Source of the DNA: an uncultured Phycisphaerales bacterium
GTDB taxonomy: Bacteria > Planctomycetota > Phycisphaerae > Tepidisphaerales > Tepidisphaeraceae
DNA length: 64,000 nt
Reading direction: 5' to 3'
Assembly: GCA_963844715.1 (NCBI GenBank)
Contig: CAWJPJ010000006.1
Coordinates: 224,001 to 288,000 of the forward strand
Every line of letters starts with the position of its first letter. Within the stretch, counting starts at the first letter, position 1. A program made the position numbers and the translations under genes. This document shows, piece by piece, positions 41,202 through 53,460 of the stretch. The notes beneath the pieces are model-generated. The model was given only the letters and a program-made list of their open reading frames with translations, had not been told where the DNA came from and did no database searches.

Positions 41202-42044
41202 CTATTGCTGCATTTGGTTCAGCCGGAAGAGCTCCAACTGGTCTCCCAGCGACTGTGTGGAGGATCCGGTGTTGGTTCGGGCCAGAACCACCCGCTTGTA
41301 AAGGGCGAAAAACGCGTCCGCCGAGTCGTTGGGAATAAAATACCACTTGTCCTCAAACTTGCGGCAAATGTGATATGTCCCATCCGCCGGGCGGTCGTCG
41401 CTGCAAAGCAGCCGGCCCCGGGGAACCGGCGGCGGGACAGCCTTCGGCGGCATCGGCGTCGTCAGCTCCACCTTATAAACGGCGTTGGTTTGAAACTCCT
41501 GCGAAACCTGCACGGGTTGCGCCGGCCCGGTCGATTTCTCCCCCGGCTCGACGGGAACGGTCGTCGGCCGCGTTTCCGGCCCCGAGGTCTCTTCGCCGGT
41601 TTTGATATTGATTCCCAGGTACTGCTCGTAGGCGTCGTAAACAGTCGGGTCGCAGACCGGCTCGCCGGTCAGCGTGAGCTGGACGGTTTGATCCTGAAGG
41701 GCGCCAAACGTCGGGCCGGCCGAAATCTGGCGAAGGGGCGTTTGCGTCCCCCCGGCGATCGCGAAGGAATTGTGCGTCATTATTTGCGAATACCCGGCGG
41801 TGCCTTGCGTCAGGCTCGTGACGGTCCCGGTCATCGTGCGATAGTCCACCTCGATCACCGGAAGCCGCAACTGCGTGCGGATGAGATTATCCATCACCTC
41901 GTCCTGGTACATGTCCAGGAGCGCTTGGCGGATTCCCATCTGGTCATTCTCCAGCAGTTGCGGGCGGCAGCCGCTGAAAAGAATTGCCGCCACGGCGGCG
42001 AGGAGCCCCCATCCGAGCCCTTTTAGTTTTTCAGCGCCATTCAT
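41202..42044 (-). CDS. Hypothetical lipoprotein
   Basis: Hydrophobic signal with FSGC lipobox; long open frame with ordinary composition. Confidence 0.7.
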   Translation of the reverse strand: MNGAEKLKGLGWGLLAAVAAILFSGCRPQLLENDQMGIRQALLDMYQDEVMDNLIRTQLRLPVIEVDYRTMTGTVTSLTQGTAGYSQIMTHNSFAIAGGTQTPLRQISAGPTFGALQDQTVQLTLTGEPVCDPTVYDAYEQYLGINIKTGEETSGPETRPTTVPVEPGEKSTGPAQPVQVSQEFQTNAVYKVELTTPMPPKAVPPPVPRGRLLCSDDRPADGTYHICRKFEDKWYFIPNDSADAFFALYKRVVLARTNTGSSTQSLGDQLELFRLNQMQQ

Positions 42045-42158
42045 GAATTTGAGCCTATCGAAAAGCCTTTGGAACGTAAACAAACCGCACGATTCGCCAC
42101 AGGACGGATGGGTTTTGCAAACCCATATGGATTGCCTAAACTGCCCGGTCTATTGTCC

Positions 42159-42231
<73 letters not shown>

Positions 42232-42269
42232 ATTGCAGGCCCGGCCGCGCGAGGGGTATAAAGGAACTC

Positions 42270-43043
42270 ATGGATATCGACCTGATGGTCCTCAACGTCG
42301 GCAATTCCCGCCTGGGAATCGGCACTTTTTCAGCCGGCAGTTTGGACCATGTGACGCATGTCGCGCACGCCTCCAAAGGGGATTGGCCCGGTTTGATCAA
42401 TCGGGCCTGGGGGCGCATCTCGAGCAAACCCTCGCCGGCCGTGGCGGGCGCGTCCGTTAATCCCAATATTGACGACGAACTGGAGACACTTGTTCTAAAG
42501 CTCACCAATCGGCCCATTCAATGGGTGGGGGAGGAACTCGATTTCCCTGTGCCGGTGAAAACCGTCGAGCCAAAGAATACCGGCGTGGATCGGATATTGA
42601 ACGTCGCGGCGGCGTTCGAGCAGATGCAAAAAGCATGCGTGGTCGTCGATGCGGGGACGGCCATCACCGTCGACTGCTGCGGGGAAAAAGGGGAATTCCT
42701 CGGCGGCGCGATCGCCCCGGGCCTGGCCATGATGCTCGACGCATTGCATGAGAAAACCGCCGGCCTCCCGCGCGTGGAATTCCAAATCCCGACCGCTTCG
42801 TACGGCAACACGACGGAGTCCGCGATCTGCCAAGGGGTCTTCCATGCCATCCGAGGACTGGTGCGCGATTTCGCGGAGAATTACGCGACGGATCTCGGCA
42901 CATGGCCCGAGGTGATCGCCACCGGCGGCGATGCCCGCCTTCTTTTCGAAAACTGGGAACTCATTCACGCCATCTCGCCCGAACTCACGCTTTACGGCAT
43001 CGCCCTGGCGTACACCAACCACTACGTCAACCACCCAACGTGA
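42270..43043 (+). CDS. coaX: Type III pantothenate kinase
   Basis: NVGNS, GVDR, VVDAGTAITVD, GGAIAPG, IATGGDA. Confidence 0.92.
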   Translation: MDIDLMVLNVGNSRLGIGTFSAGSLDHVTHVAHASKGDWPGLINRAWGRISSKPSPAVAGASVNPNIDDELETLVLKLTNRPIQWVGEELDFPVPVKTVEPKNTGVDRILNVAAAFEQMQKACVVVDAGTAITVDCCGEKGEFLGGAIAPGLAMMLDALHEKTAGLPRVEFQIPTASYGNTTESAICQGVFHAIRGLVRDFAENYATDLGTWPEVIATGGDARLLFENWELIHAISPELTLYGIALAYTNHYVNHPT

Positions 43044-44053
43044 GTGAATTAAATCCAACCGCCAACGAGGCGATCCTCCTGACCGCGCCCGGCGCGGCGG
43101 CGATCGCCGTCATCCGCATCCGCGGACCGGGAGTGGGCGAATTCCTTAACAAATGCTTCTCAAAACCCGTTAGGCCGGGGCAGTGTGTGCATGGCGAATT
43201 GCGCGATGGCGATTCAGTTTTGGATGATCCGCTGATTGTGCAGGGGGCGAATTCCCGGTGGGCAGACATCAGCGTGCATGGCGGCGATTGGGTGATTCGC
43301 TCCGTGCTCGAATTAACAAAAGCCCACGGCTTTGCCGTCATCGAAGCGGCATTGCCCCTGCCGGACGCGGCGTTGGATGACGACGGCTCAGTGTTGGATC
43401 GGGAAGTCGAAGCCTATTTGCCCCTGGCTCGCACCGAATTGGCGATCCGCACATTGCTCGCCCAGCCCGAGAGCTGGAGACGGGCGCTGGCAGGTAAGCT
43501 CAACGTGACCGAGATTTTGCAGGATCGGTCACTCTGGTGGCTGCTGAACCCGCCGCAGATTGCAATCGTGGGCGAGCCGAATGTCGGGAAGTCGACGTTG
43601 GCCAATCAGCTCTTTGGGGAAAAGAGATCGATCACCGCTGACATGCCCGGAACAACTCGAGATTGGGTCGGCGATTTTGCAAACATCGGCGGATTGGCCG
43701 TGCATTTGATCGACACGCCGGGTTTGCGAGAAACCGGGGATGAAATTGAAAGAGCAGCGATCGCCGTCAGCGAGGAGAAAGTTGCCCAAAGCGATTTGAA
43801 GATTTGCGTTTTGGATGCCACGCAGCGGCCCCAGAGTGTTCCAACCGATGGGATAGTCGTGATTAACAAGATCGATCAGCCCGCCGGATGGGACATCTCC
43901 GCGGTCGACGCCGTTCAGGTTTCCGCGATCACAGGCGACGGAGTTGATCTCCTGCGAGGGCGAATTTGTGAGTGGTTTGGAATCGGCAAGCGCCCGGAAG
44001 ATTCGCCTCGCTGGTGGACGGAGAGGCAAAAAATACTCCTTGGCCAAAAATGA
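43040..44053 (+). CDS. MnmE/TrmE-like GTPase, shortened
   Basis: TAPGAAAIAVIRIRG and HGG N-terminal domain; GEPNVGKS, PGTTRD, DTPG, NKID, SA motifs; GTG start overlaps the coaX stop. Confidence 0.8.
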   Translation: MSELNPTANEAILLTAPGAAAIAVIRIRGPGVGEFLNKCFSKPVRPGQCVHGELRDGDSVLDDPLIVQGANSRWADISVHGGDWVIRSVLELTKAHGFAVIEAALPLPDAALDDDGSVLDREVEAYLPLARTELAIRTLLAQPESWRRALAGKLNVTEILQDRSLWWLLNPPQIAIVGEPNVGKSTLANQLFGEKRSITADMPGTTRDWVGDFANIGGLAVHLIDTPGLRETGDEIERAAIAVSEEKVAQSDLKICVLDATQRPQSVPTDGIVVINKIDQPAGWDISAVDAVQVSAITGDGVDLLRGRICEWFGIGKRPEDSPRWWTERQKILLGQK

Positions 44054-44086
44054 AGGGTCAATTAAAGGCGTGCGCGAACCCAACGT

Positions 44087-46152
44087 CTAATTTGCAAATC
44101 CCGCCATCCGCGCGATGTCCTGATAGGTGACCAGCAGGAACACCCCAAGGATCAACACAAGCCCCACGGTTTGCACGATGCGCTGCATCTCCGACGACAA
44201 CGGCTTGCCCTGGATTTTCTCCAGGATGAGGAGAGTGAACAATCCGCCGTCCACAATCGGGATGGGGAGGAAATTCACGACCGCCAGGTTCGCGCTAATA
44301 TTGGCCAGGAACCAGAGAAGCCACGACATTCCTCGTCCGGCAAGTTGCGCACGGCGCTGAACATGCCAATGGGGCCCATGAGATTTGTCGGGCTCACGTC
44401 CCCGGTGAACATGCGCTCAAGGGTCACGTAAAGTTCCAGGATCGCGTCGCGGGTTTCGCCGACGCCCCATTCCATCGCGATGAAGGGATTCGACGTCTTC
44501 ATCGTCCCGGCCATGGGTCTGAGCTGCAAATCGTCGGTGTAGGCGACCATCCTCGCATCCGAAACGTCCTGATCGGAAAGCTCCACGTCGGCCACGGCAG
44601 GGGCGGCGCTCCCGGATTCCGAATACGGCTCATAACTGATCTTAAACGTGTCCCCGGGACTGGCGGTCGCGATTGCGTGAATCACCTCAAACCAATTGTT
44701 GACCGGATTCCCGTTGATGGCGGTGAGCGTCGCCCAGGCCGGAATTTTCCCCGCGGCGGACGAATCCGGATTCACCTGCGCGACGACCAGATGCTGCTCG
44801 TCGTAAAGGTTGATGCCGATCCCCAATCCCACTTTCCCGTTTCCGATGCGAACGGACGGCACAATCCCGTCGAGTTGATGCGGCTCCTTTTCGCCGAGGC
44901 TGAGGACGGTCAAATCGACCGGGATTTTTTTATCGCCGGCATCGGCGATGACTTTTCGCAGTTGTTCCGGCGACGGATTGGAAACCCGGTCGCCGCCCGC
45001 TTCGATGGAAACGATAACATCGCCCGGCTTCAGCTTGTCCAGCGCCGGAGAATCATCATGGATCATGTCGACCATGGCGCGAGGGACCATCCCAAGGAAA
45101 TTCAGCGGGTCTTTCCCAAACGGGCCTTGAAGATGCGGATAAATCGACCGATGCACGATCGAGCCGTCGGCGGTCCGAATCGTCAGATCGATCGGGTTAC
45201 CCTCCGATGCGGCCAACGCCTGGTCCAGCTTCCAATATTCGTTTATCGCGACGGGCTGATTGTTGATTTGAGTGATCGTTTCCCCCGGCCCCAGGGCCAC
45301 GGTGCCCGGCATGAGGGTCTTTTTCATTTCGGAAACGTTCCAGTCCTCGTCGGCGGTTTTCGGATCGATCCCCTCCAACTGGCTCGGGGGCATGATGCCC
45401 ATGGCTAAAAGAGCCCGGGATTCATCGCCCGGCCGCGCCGGCTTGCCGTAGAGCGTTTCCTCAACACGATCCACGTGGCGGACCGCGATCGGAATCGTTT
45501 GGCCCTCCTCCGACAGTGCGACCCCCAGCGCGATCTTGGTGAAGTCGCCGATGGTCCGCTTCCCGTTGATGGAGAGAATTTCGTCCCCCGAAACCAGCGG
45601 CGTGCGGACGCCGTGCGCGTCGACAGTTTGCATCGCCGGGCTCAGCGAAATCACGCCCCCCACGCGCGCCGGCGGGACCGGATAGCCGATCAGAAAGACG
45701 ATCATGAATCCGACCGCCGCGAGGATCACGTTCATGATCACGCCGGCCGAGACAATAAGCATTCTCGCGCGGATGGATTTATTGTTGTACGCGCGTGGAT
45801 CGTCGGCGACTCCGCCGGGGCGGAGATCGTCCTGCCCCAGCATCTTCACGTACCCGCCCAGCGGGAGCCAATTGATGCGGTATTCGGTTTCCCCGATGTC
45901 CTTGGCGGTATCGGGAAAATCTTTTTTGATTTTCTCCACCTCGGAGTTGGTCGAACCCCAGCGGAAGCCTAGCCCTTTGCGAAACGAAACCAGTGCGTGC
46001 CCGAACCCCAGGGCGAACTGCTCGACTCTGACGTCGCAATATTTCGCCGCGAGGAAATGCCCCAGTTCATGGATGAAGATCACCATGCTGAAGCCGATGG
46101 CGAGGTACAGATAGTCCAGTAGAGTTGATAGGTGGGGCATGTGCTCCGTCAC
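44087..46152 (-). CDS. rseP: RIP metalloprotease RseP (M50) with PDZ domains (frameshift near 44340)
   Basis: HELGH, PLGGYVKM, AGVIMN, NFLPIPIVDGG; downstream of dxr. Confidence 0.92.
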
Positions 46153-46183
46153 TGGGGAAAAAGGCGCGGCGCGAAAGAGGCCG

Positions 46184-47356
46184 CTAAACTATGGGTGTTG
46201 ACTCCCTTTGCGTTTGAGATTGTGCCGCCTGTCGCGCCCATGCGTCGGCATCCAAAAGATCGTCCAAATCGGGTTTCGACTCCAGCCGATGCTCGGCGAT
46301 TGTACGCTCGACAATGGAACAAATCTCCCCAAAGCGGATCTTACCGGCGATAAAAGCCTCCACCGCAATCTCATTGGCGGCATTCATGACCGCCCCCATG
46401 GTACCGGCGGCTTCGGCCACTTTATAGGCGATTCGCAAGGCCGGAAAACGATCAAAGTCAGGGGGCTCAAAATGAAGCGCCGTTGCCGCCGACCAGTCCA
46501 TCCGCCGGCTGCATCCCTCGGCCCGATCCGGATAAGTCAGCGCATATTGAATCGGCGTCCGCATATCCGGTGGGGAAAGCTGCGCGATCACTGACCCGTC
46601 AACGAACTCCACCATGGAATGAATGATCGACTCGGGATGAATGACGATCTGAACCTGATCGGGTTTAAGATCGAAGAGCCAGCATGCCTCAATCAACTCG
46701 AGGGCTTTGTTGAACATTGTGGCCGAGTCGATCGTGATTTTGTTTCCCATCCGCCAGGTAGGATGATTGAGCGCGTCGTCCAGCGTCGCGTTATAAATCT
46801 TCTCCGGCTCCCATTTCCGGAACGGCCCGCCGCTGGCCGTCAGAACCACGCGGCGGACATCGGATCGTCGCCCGCAAGCCATCGCCTGGAAAATTGCCGA
46901 ATGTTCTGAATCGACTGGCAGCAGCGGCGTATTGCGCCGCCGCGCCTCGGGAATGAGCAACGACCCGGCGACGACGAGCGATTCTTTGTTCGCCAGCGCC
47001 AAAGGCTTCCCCGCCTTGACGCAAGCCAAAGCTGCGGGAAGCCCCGCCGCACCGACCACCGCCGATAGAACGATGTCCACGTCCGGCCGGTGAACCAGAT
47101 CCACCAATCCCCCAGCGCCGGCATATATCTTCGGCTCCTTGCACTGAAGATGGCTTCGAAACTCTTCCACTCGAGCCGGGTCCACGAGTGCCACGGCCTC
47201 AGGATTGAACATGCGGGTCTGATCCGCCAGCTTCTGCACCTGCCGATTCGCGCCCAAAGCCAAAGCGCGGTAGGGGGGCCCAAGATGTTGGATGACGTCG
47301 AGGGTGCTGCAGCCGATGGAGCCGGTGGACCCAAGAAGTGCGACACGCTTATTCAC
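46184..47356 (-). CDS. dxr: 1-deoxy-D-xylulose-5-phosphate reductoisomerase
   Basis: LGSTGSIG, LANKESLV, PVDSEH, LTASGGPFR, HPTWRMG, NAANE. Confidence 0.97.
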   Translation of the reverse strand: MNKRVALLGSTGSIGCSTLDVIQHLGPPYRALALGANRQVQKLADQTRMFNPEAVALVDPARVEEFRSHLQCKEPKIYAGAGGLVDLVHRPDVDIVLSAVVGAAGLPAALACVKAGKPLALANKESLVVAGSLLIPEARRRNTPLLPVDSEHSAIFQAMACGRRSDVRRVVLTASGGPFRKWEPEKIYNATLDDALNHPTWRMGNKITIDSATMFNKALELIEACWLFDLKPDQVQIVIHPESIIHSMVEFVDGSVIAQLSPPDMRTPIQYALTYPDRAEGCSRRMDWSAATALHFEPPDFDRFPALRIAYKVAEAAGTMGAVMNAANEIAVEAFIAGKIRFGEICSIVERTIAEHRLESKPDLDDLLDADAWARQAAQSQTQRESTPIV

Positions 47357-47452
47357 GGGCCAACATAATAATAACGGCGGCGGGCAAAGGATAGGCGTGT
47401 CAAATTGGGGAAGGGGTAGGGGTGAAGGTAAGCATTTATCAGACCGCCAGTG

Positions 47453-49132
47453 CTATTCAACGTAGAGATTGCGCATGGCAAATCGACGATTGTTGAACCG
47501 GCCCAGCAGAAGGTTCAGGGCCGCCATCAGAGCCAGGAAGGTAATGATTGTGACTGGCGAGCGCGCGATCGTCATGGGGATGAGGAACGCGACGACCATC
47601 AGCGGAAATATGAACATGAACAAAGCGTATTGCCTTGCCGGAACGGCTTTTTCAGCCTTGCGCGAGAACGGAAAGTCGCGAAATCGAAAAAGGGCGATCT
47701 CGAAAAGCAGCCACCCGCTCAGAAATCCATAGATGCCGAGCTTCAGCGTCTCCACCGGCGGCATGAAGAATTGAAAGACGAGCACGTAAAGGACGAGCAT
47801 TGGAACGAAGATGTAAATGGCCGCGGCTTTTTTCACCGCGCGGAGAATTAAATCCTGCTTCTGAAGTGGAGCGATTTGAAAAATCCAGCTTCCGGCGTAT
47901 TCGTCGGAATAGGGGATCAGCGCCACCAAGGCCGCGGCGCACACCGCAAACGCCATGGTCGTAAAGCAAGCGGACATCCCCGTGATTTGCGACCGATTAT
48001 CGCGGTCGAATCCCACCACCAGCAGCATCGCGAACATCGACCCGAACTGCGGGAACAATTGCATCTTGAATTTGCGGTTCCGGCGGAACATCGCACAAAT
48101 AAACGAAAAGAATGCCAGTTCCTGGGGATCGCGAACATAAAATGACAGCAACCGCGCGCGCGCACGGCGCAGCGCCCGAACCGGCGCTGACGACACGGTT
48201 TTCGACGAAGCGGTGATCATCCGGCCGAGCCGCTCGGAATAATCCAGCGAAATCGCACGAAATATGCCCGGCAGGATCAGCAGCATGACGACCAGCCCGA
48301 ACCCCGCCGAAATAAACGTCGGCAGGCTCCAGTGATGCTGGCCAATCTCGATCATGTCGGCAAACCACGTCGGCGGGAAAAGGTACCCCCACGTGTGCGA
48401 AACTATCTCGACGTGCGACCCGCTGGATCGCAGAAACAGGCGCGGAATAAGCTGGTACCCTAAAAAAAAGATGAATGAGAAAACGATCTGGCAGTAAGCC
48501 AGAACGTCCTTCAGCCGTTCATAATTGAGCCAGCGCATCAGCAGGCCATAGATGGCCACGACCGCCGCGGCGACGAACAGGTTCGCCACCACCGACACGC
48601 CCAGATAAACCAAGGGAAAATACCAAAGCGAATCGTCGCAAAAAATCCCCAAAATCGCCGGCCCCAGGTTGAGTGAAAGCCCCAGGACCAGGACATAGAA
48701 CAGGAGATTTGAAAAACGCACCGCCATGAAGGTTCGCGATGAGATCGGCCGATGCGCGAGAATCGGGAAATCATCCGGGGATATCACAACCAGCGCGAAT
48801 TCCATCAGGATCAGCATCCCCAGCATCGTCATGCAGTACCCGAGCGTGATCAGCGAATAGTAAAACGACGGAGCGGTCATGCTGATGATGATCGCAAGAA
48901 TCGAGCTGAATAGAAGATTCAGCGCGACCGCCATCTTCAGGGCGTTTTTGGTTTGGCTGGCGCCACCGCGGCTAAAAGGCCCGCTGGACCGGAAATCCAT
49001 CGTCAGCGACGCCTGAAGCAGCGTGTGGTATTGCTCGGCGTCTACGCCCACGTGCGAGAGAAGCCGTCCGAGCGCGCGTGTGAAGCGCTGGACAAGCGTC
49101 TGGCGCGGCATGATGTACGGAACGCTCGTCAT
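47453..49132 (-). CDS. ABC-2-type exporter permease
   Basis: Many TM segments, HRPISSRTFMAVR motif, coupled to an ABC ATPase gene. Confidence 0.75.
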   Translation of the reverse strand: MTSVPYIMPRQTLVQRFTRALGRLLSHVGVDAEQYHTLLQASLTMDFRSSGPFSRGGASQTKNALKMAVALNLLFSSILAIIISMTAPSFYYSLITLGYCMTMLGMLILMEFALVVISPDDFPILAHRPISSRTFMAVRFSNLLFYVLVLGLSLNLGPAILGIFCDDSLWYFPLVYLGVSVVANLFVAAAVVAIYGLLMRWLNYERLKDVLAYCQIVFSFIFFLGYQLIPRLFLRSSGSHVEIVSHTWGYLFPPTWFADMIEIGQHHWSLPTFISAGFGLVVMLLILPGIFRAISLDYSERLGRMITASSKTVSSAPVRALRRARARLLSFYVRDPQELAFFSFICAMFRRNRKFKMQLFPQFGSMFAMLLVVGFDRDNRSQITGMSACFTTMAFAVCAAALVALIPYSDEYAGSWIFQIAPLQKQDLILRAVKKAAAIYIFVPMLVLYVLVFQFFMPPVETLKLGIYGFLSGWLLFEIALFRFRDFPFSRKAEKAVPARQYALFMFIFPLMVVAFLIPMTIARSPVTIITFLALMAALNLLLGRFNNRRFAMRNLYVE

Positions 49133-49899
49133 GTTCCCGAAACCACCGCCCCAAATTCGCGGGCGACTTGCGCGACATCCGTGTCATCGGTCAATTTCTT
49201 GAACACGTCTTCCAGCGATCCCTGAGCCGTCGACAGCTTCAGCTGCTCAACCGGAGCATCAGCGATGATCTTGCCCCGATCGATGATGACGACCCGTTTG
49301 CACAATCGCTCCACAACGTCCAAAACGTGTGAGCAATAGAAAATGGTTTTTCCCTGATCAGCGAGATGCCGGAGCAGCTCTTTGAAGACCAGCATCGAAT
49401 TGGCGTCCAGCCCGCTCAGAGGCTCATCGAAGAAAAGGAGATCCGGGTTGTGGATCAGGGCGGAACTGATCAGCACCTTTTGCCGCATCCCTTTGGAGTA
49501 GCTGCCCAGCCGCTGATCCGATGCCGAAGCAAGATCGAACAATCTCAAGAATTCATTGGCCTTTTTGGCGATGAGTTTTTCGGGCATGTGATAGAGCCGC
49601 CCGACGAGCTGGAGGAATTCGAACCCGGTGAGGCTTTCGTAGATCCCCCCGGTCTCCGGGACGTAGCCGATCCGCTGCTTCAAGGCCAGCGGATTGGCCT
49701 GGGCGTCCTGCCCGTCGAACAGGACGCGCCCGGCTGTCGGCGCCAGCACGCCAATCAGCATTTTGACGGTTGTGCTCTTGCCCGCCCCGTTTGGCCCCAG
49801 ATAACCCAGTATTTCCCCGGCGTTGACCTGGAAGGAAACATTGTCCACGGCCAGAAACTCGCCGTATTTTTTAGTCAAGCCCGATGCTTCAATTTTCAT
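49129..49899 (-). CDS. ABC transporter ATP-binding protein
   Basis: GPNGAGKS, YSKGMRQK, FFDEPLSGLD, CSH. Confidence 0.93.
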   Translation of the reverse strand: MKIEASGLTKKYGEFLAVDNVSFQVNAGEILGYLGPNGAGKSTTVKMLIGVLAPTAGRVLFDGQDAQANPLALKQRIGYVPETGGIYESLTGFEFLQLVGRLYHMPEKLIAKKANEFLRLFDLASASDQRLGSYSKGMRQKVLISSALIHNPDLLFFDEPLSGLDANSMLVFKELLRHLADQGKTIFYCSHVLDVVERLCKRVVIIDRGKIIADAPVEQLKLSTAQGSLEDVFKKLTDDTDVAQVAREFGAVVSGT

Positions 49900-49977
49900 G
49901 CGGTACTTCCGGGCGTGAACTATACCGTATGGGAAGTTGCCTCTCCACGGCGTAAGATACCCTTAAGAAATCACACC

Positions 49978-51327
<1,350 letters not shown>

Positions 51328-51346
51328 ATCACTTTTTATGGATTCC

Positions 51347-51395
51347 GACCTTGCAAAACTGCAAGGTCAGGAAAGCCTCGTCTTGCACGAGTGCA
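51347..51395. promoter_or_regulatory. Tandem upstream activator sites (TGCA-N4-TGCA)
   Basis: Perfect palindrome GACCTTGCA-AAAC-TGCAAGGTC (51347-51368) and CTTGCA-CGAG-TGCACG, offset by 32 bp. Confidence 0.7.
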
Positions 51396-51468
51396 CGGTT
51401 GCGCGCATTCGGCTGCATCTCGCCGGCTGTAAGCTCATTTAAATTAACGACTTGTTTAGAACAGATGA

Positions 51469-51484
51469 TGGCACGGATCGTGCG
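51469..51484 (+). promoter_or_regulatory. Sigma-54 (-24/-12) promoter
   Basis: TGGCACGGATCGTGCG has GG-N10-GC spacing, one mismatch to TGGCACG-N4-TTGC; IHF-like AATTAACGACTTG at 51442-51454. Confidence 0.8.
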
Positions 51485-51498
51485 ATAAGGAGACCAAC

Positions 51499-53460
51499 AT
51501 GTTTGGCCTGCGGCAAAAACTCATGACCGGGTTCGGAGGGCTGCTTCTCATTCTTCTCAGCGTGAGCGTTCTGGGCATTGCTGTCAGCCAACAGCATCGC
51601 GCCGCCATGGACAAGTTCCTTTACGAAAACTGGCGCAGCGTTGAGTACGGGCAAAAGATGGTCGAGTCCCTGAACATCCTCAATGACGAAGCCCGCGCGC
51701 TTCCGAGCGACGCGACGCCTGCCACCCTTGCCGCTGCCAAGGCTGCCGCCATGCCCGCCATTCATATCTTCGATAACAACGTCGAAGCCGAAGACAACAA
51801 CATCACCCTGCCCCACGAAGATGAGATCGCCGGGCAGTTGACCCTGCTCTGGCGAGGAATAGATCTGAAATCCGGTGCGAAAGTCACCGCCGATTCTTAT
51901 CGCGATTATTACCTGAAGGTTCTCGACGAGAAGACGATGCCGGATCAGCGCACCGCGGCTCTGGCGGCGGTTGCGCGACTTTCCCCGCGGGTGAAGGCCC
52001 AGCGCAGGGCGTGATCGATTTGAACCTGGAAAACATGACGCCCGTGGAAGGGCGCATCAAGGCGATGGCGGACGACGCCAGCAACTTGATGCTCGTCCTG
52101 GCGGGTGTTGGCACCGGCCTGGCCGTCCTGTTCACGATGATGATGGCCCGTTCGATCCTCGAGCCGGTCAAGGCATTGACCAAATCCGCCCAGCAGATTG
52201 AGCAGGGAAATCTCGACCTGGTCGTCCAGGTGAAATCCCACGATGAGTTGAGCAAATTGGCCGAGGCTTTCAATTCCATGGCCGCGAAGCTGCGCGAGTA
52301 CCGGCGCACCAGCCGGGCCAAGTTCGCGCGGACCCAGCAATCAACGCAAAACGCCATCAACAGCCTCCCCGATGCCGTAGCGATCGTCGCTCCCGACGGC
52401 AATGTCGAAATGGCGAACACCGCCGCGCAAAAACTGTTCGGCCTGCGCGCCGACGCCCTTGTAACGGATCAGCGCGCTCCCTGGCTGGTGAGTCTTTTCA
52501 ATAAGACAGCCGCTGATCTGCGCCCCGTCCAGCCCCGCGATTACGCCTCGGCGGTTCAGGTCCTGGACGAAAAGGGCGGCGAGAAATTCTTCCTGCCTCA
52601 TTCCGTGCCGGTTCTGGACGAAGAGGGAAATCTGTCCGGCGTGACGGTAGTTCTGGCCGACGTGACCAACCTTCGCCGCCTCGACGAAATGAAGAGCGGC
52701 ATGCTCTCGGTCGTAAGCCACGAGCTGAAGACCCCGCTGACCAGCATCCGCATGGGCGTCCATCTTCTGCTGGAAGAGCGGCTAGGTTCGCTCACGACGG
52801 CGCAAAACGACATTCTCACGGCCGTCCGCGAGGACAGCGATCGGCTCCATCGCATCGTCGAAAACCTTCTGGACATGGGCCGCATCGAATCGGGCCGGGA
52901 GATGATGGAACTCAGGCCCGAACCCGCGGAAAAAATCGTCACGGATGCCACCGAGCCGTTACTGACGGCGTTTCACGACAAGGGCGTATCCCTGACCACG
53001 CAGTTGCCCGATGTTTTGCCCGCCGTTCTCGTCGACGACACGCGGATCGGGCACGTTTTTTCCAACTTGCTCGGAAATGCCCTGAAGTTCACGCCGCCGG
53101 GCGGGCAAGTGACCATTTCCGCCGAGGCCCAGCCGGACGGGTTTGTGCCGCTTTACCGTCGCCGATACGGGCAAGGGAATTCCCCAGCAGTTCCAAGGCA
53201 AGATTTTCGAGCGATTCTTCCGGGTTCCCGGGCAAGGTTCTCAATCCGGCGCGGGAATGGGACTGGCGATCGCCCGGGAAATCGTCGAAGCGCACGGCGG
53301 AGCCGTCGGCGTTGAAAGCATGGAGGGCGAAGGCAGCAAATTCAGTTTCACATTGAAAGGCGCGGATTTGGCGAAGATCGGGCGCCCTCGCAATCCTACG
53401 CGCAGGAGGTCGGATCAACATGAGCAATCAACCCCCCCGAGTTTTAATCGTGGACGATGA
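51499..53460 (+). CDS. Membrane sensor histidine kinase (TM-sensor-TM-HAMP-PAS-HisKA-HATPase; frameshifts near 52005 and 53148)
   Basis: DELSKLAEAFNSM HAMP, NSLPDAV PAS, VSHELKTPL, NLLGNALKF, DTGKG, GAGMGL. Confidence 0.9.

Noticed and set aside
47365..47403. Sigma-70 promoter for dxr (TTGACA with TATTAT)
   Set aside because: Spacing between the boxes is 24 nt or more, too long for one promoter.
49366..49977. N-terminal extension of the sigma-54 regulator (653-aa ORF)
   Set aside because: It is antisense to the ABC ATPase gene; the receiver domain begins after the ATG at 49978.
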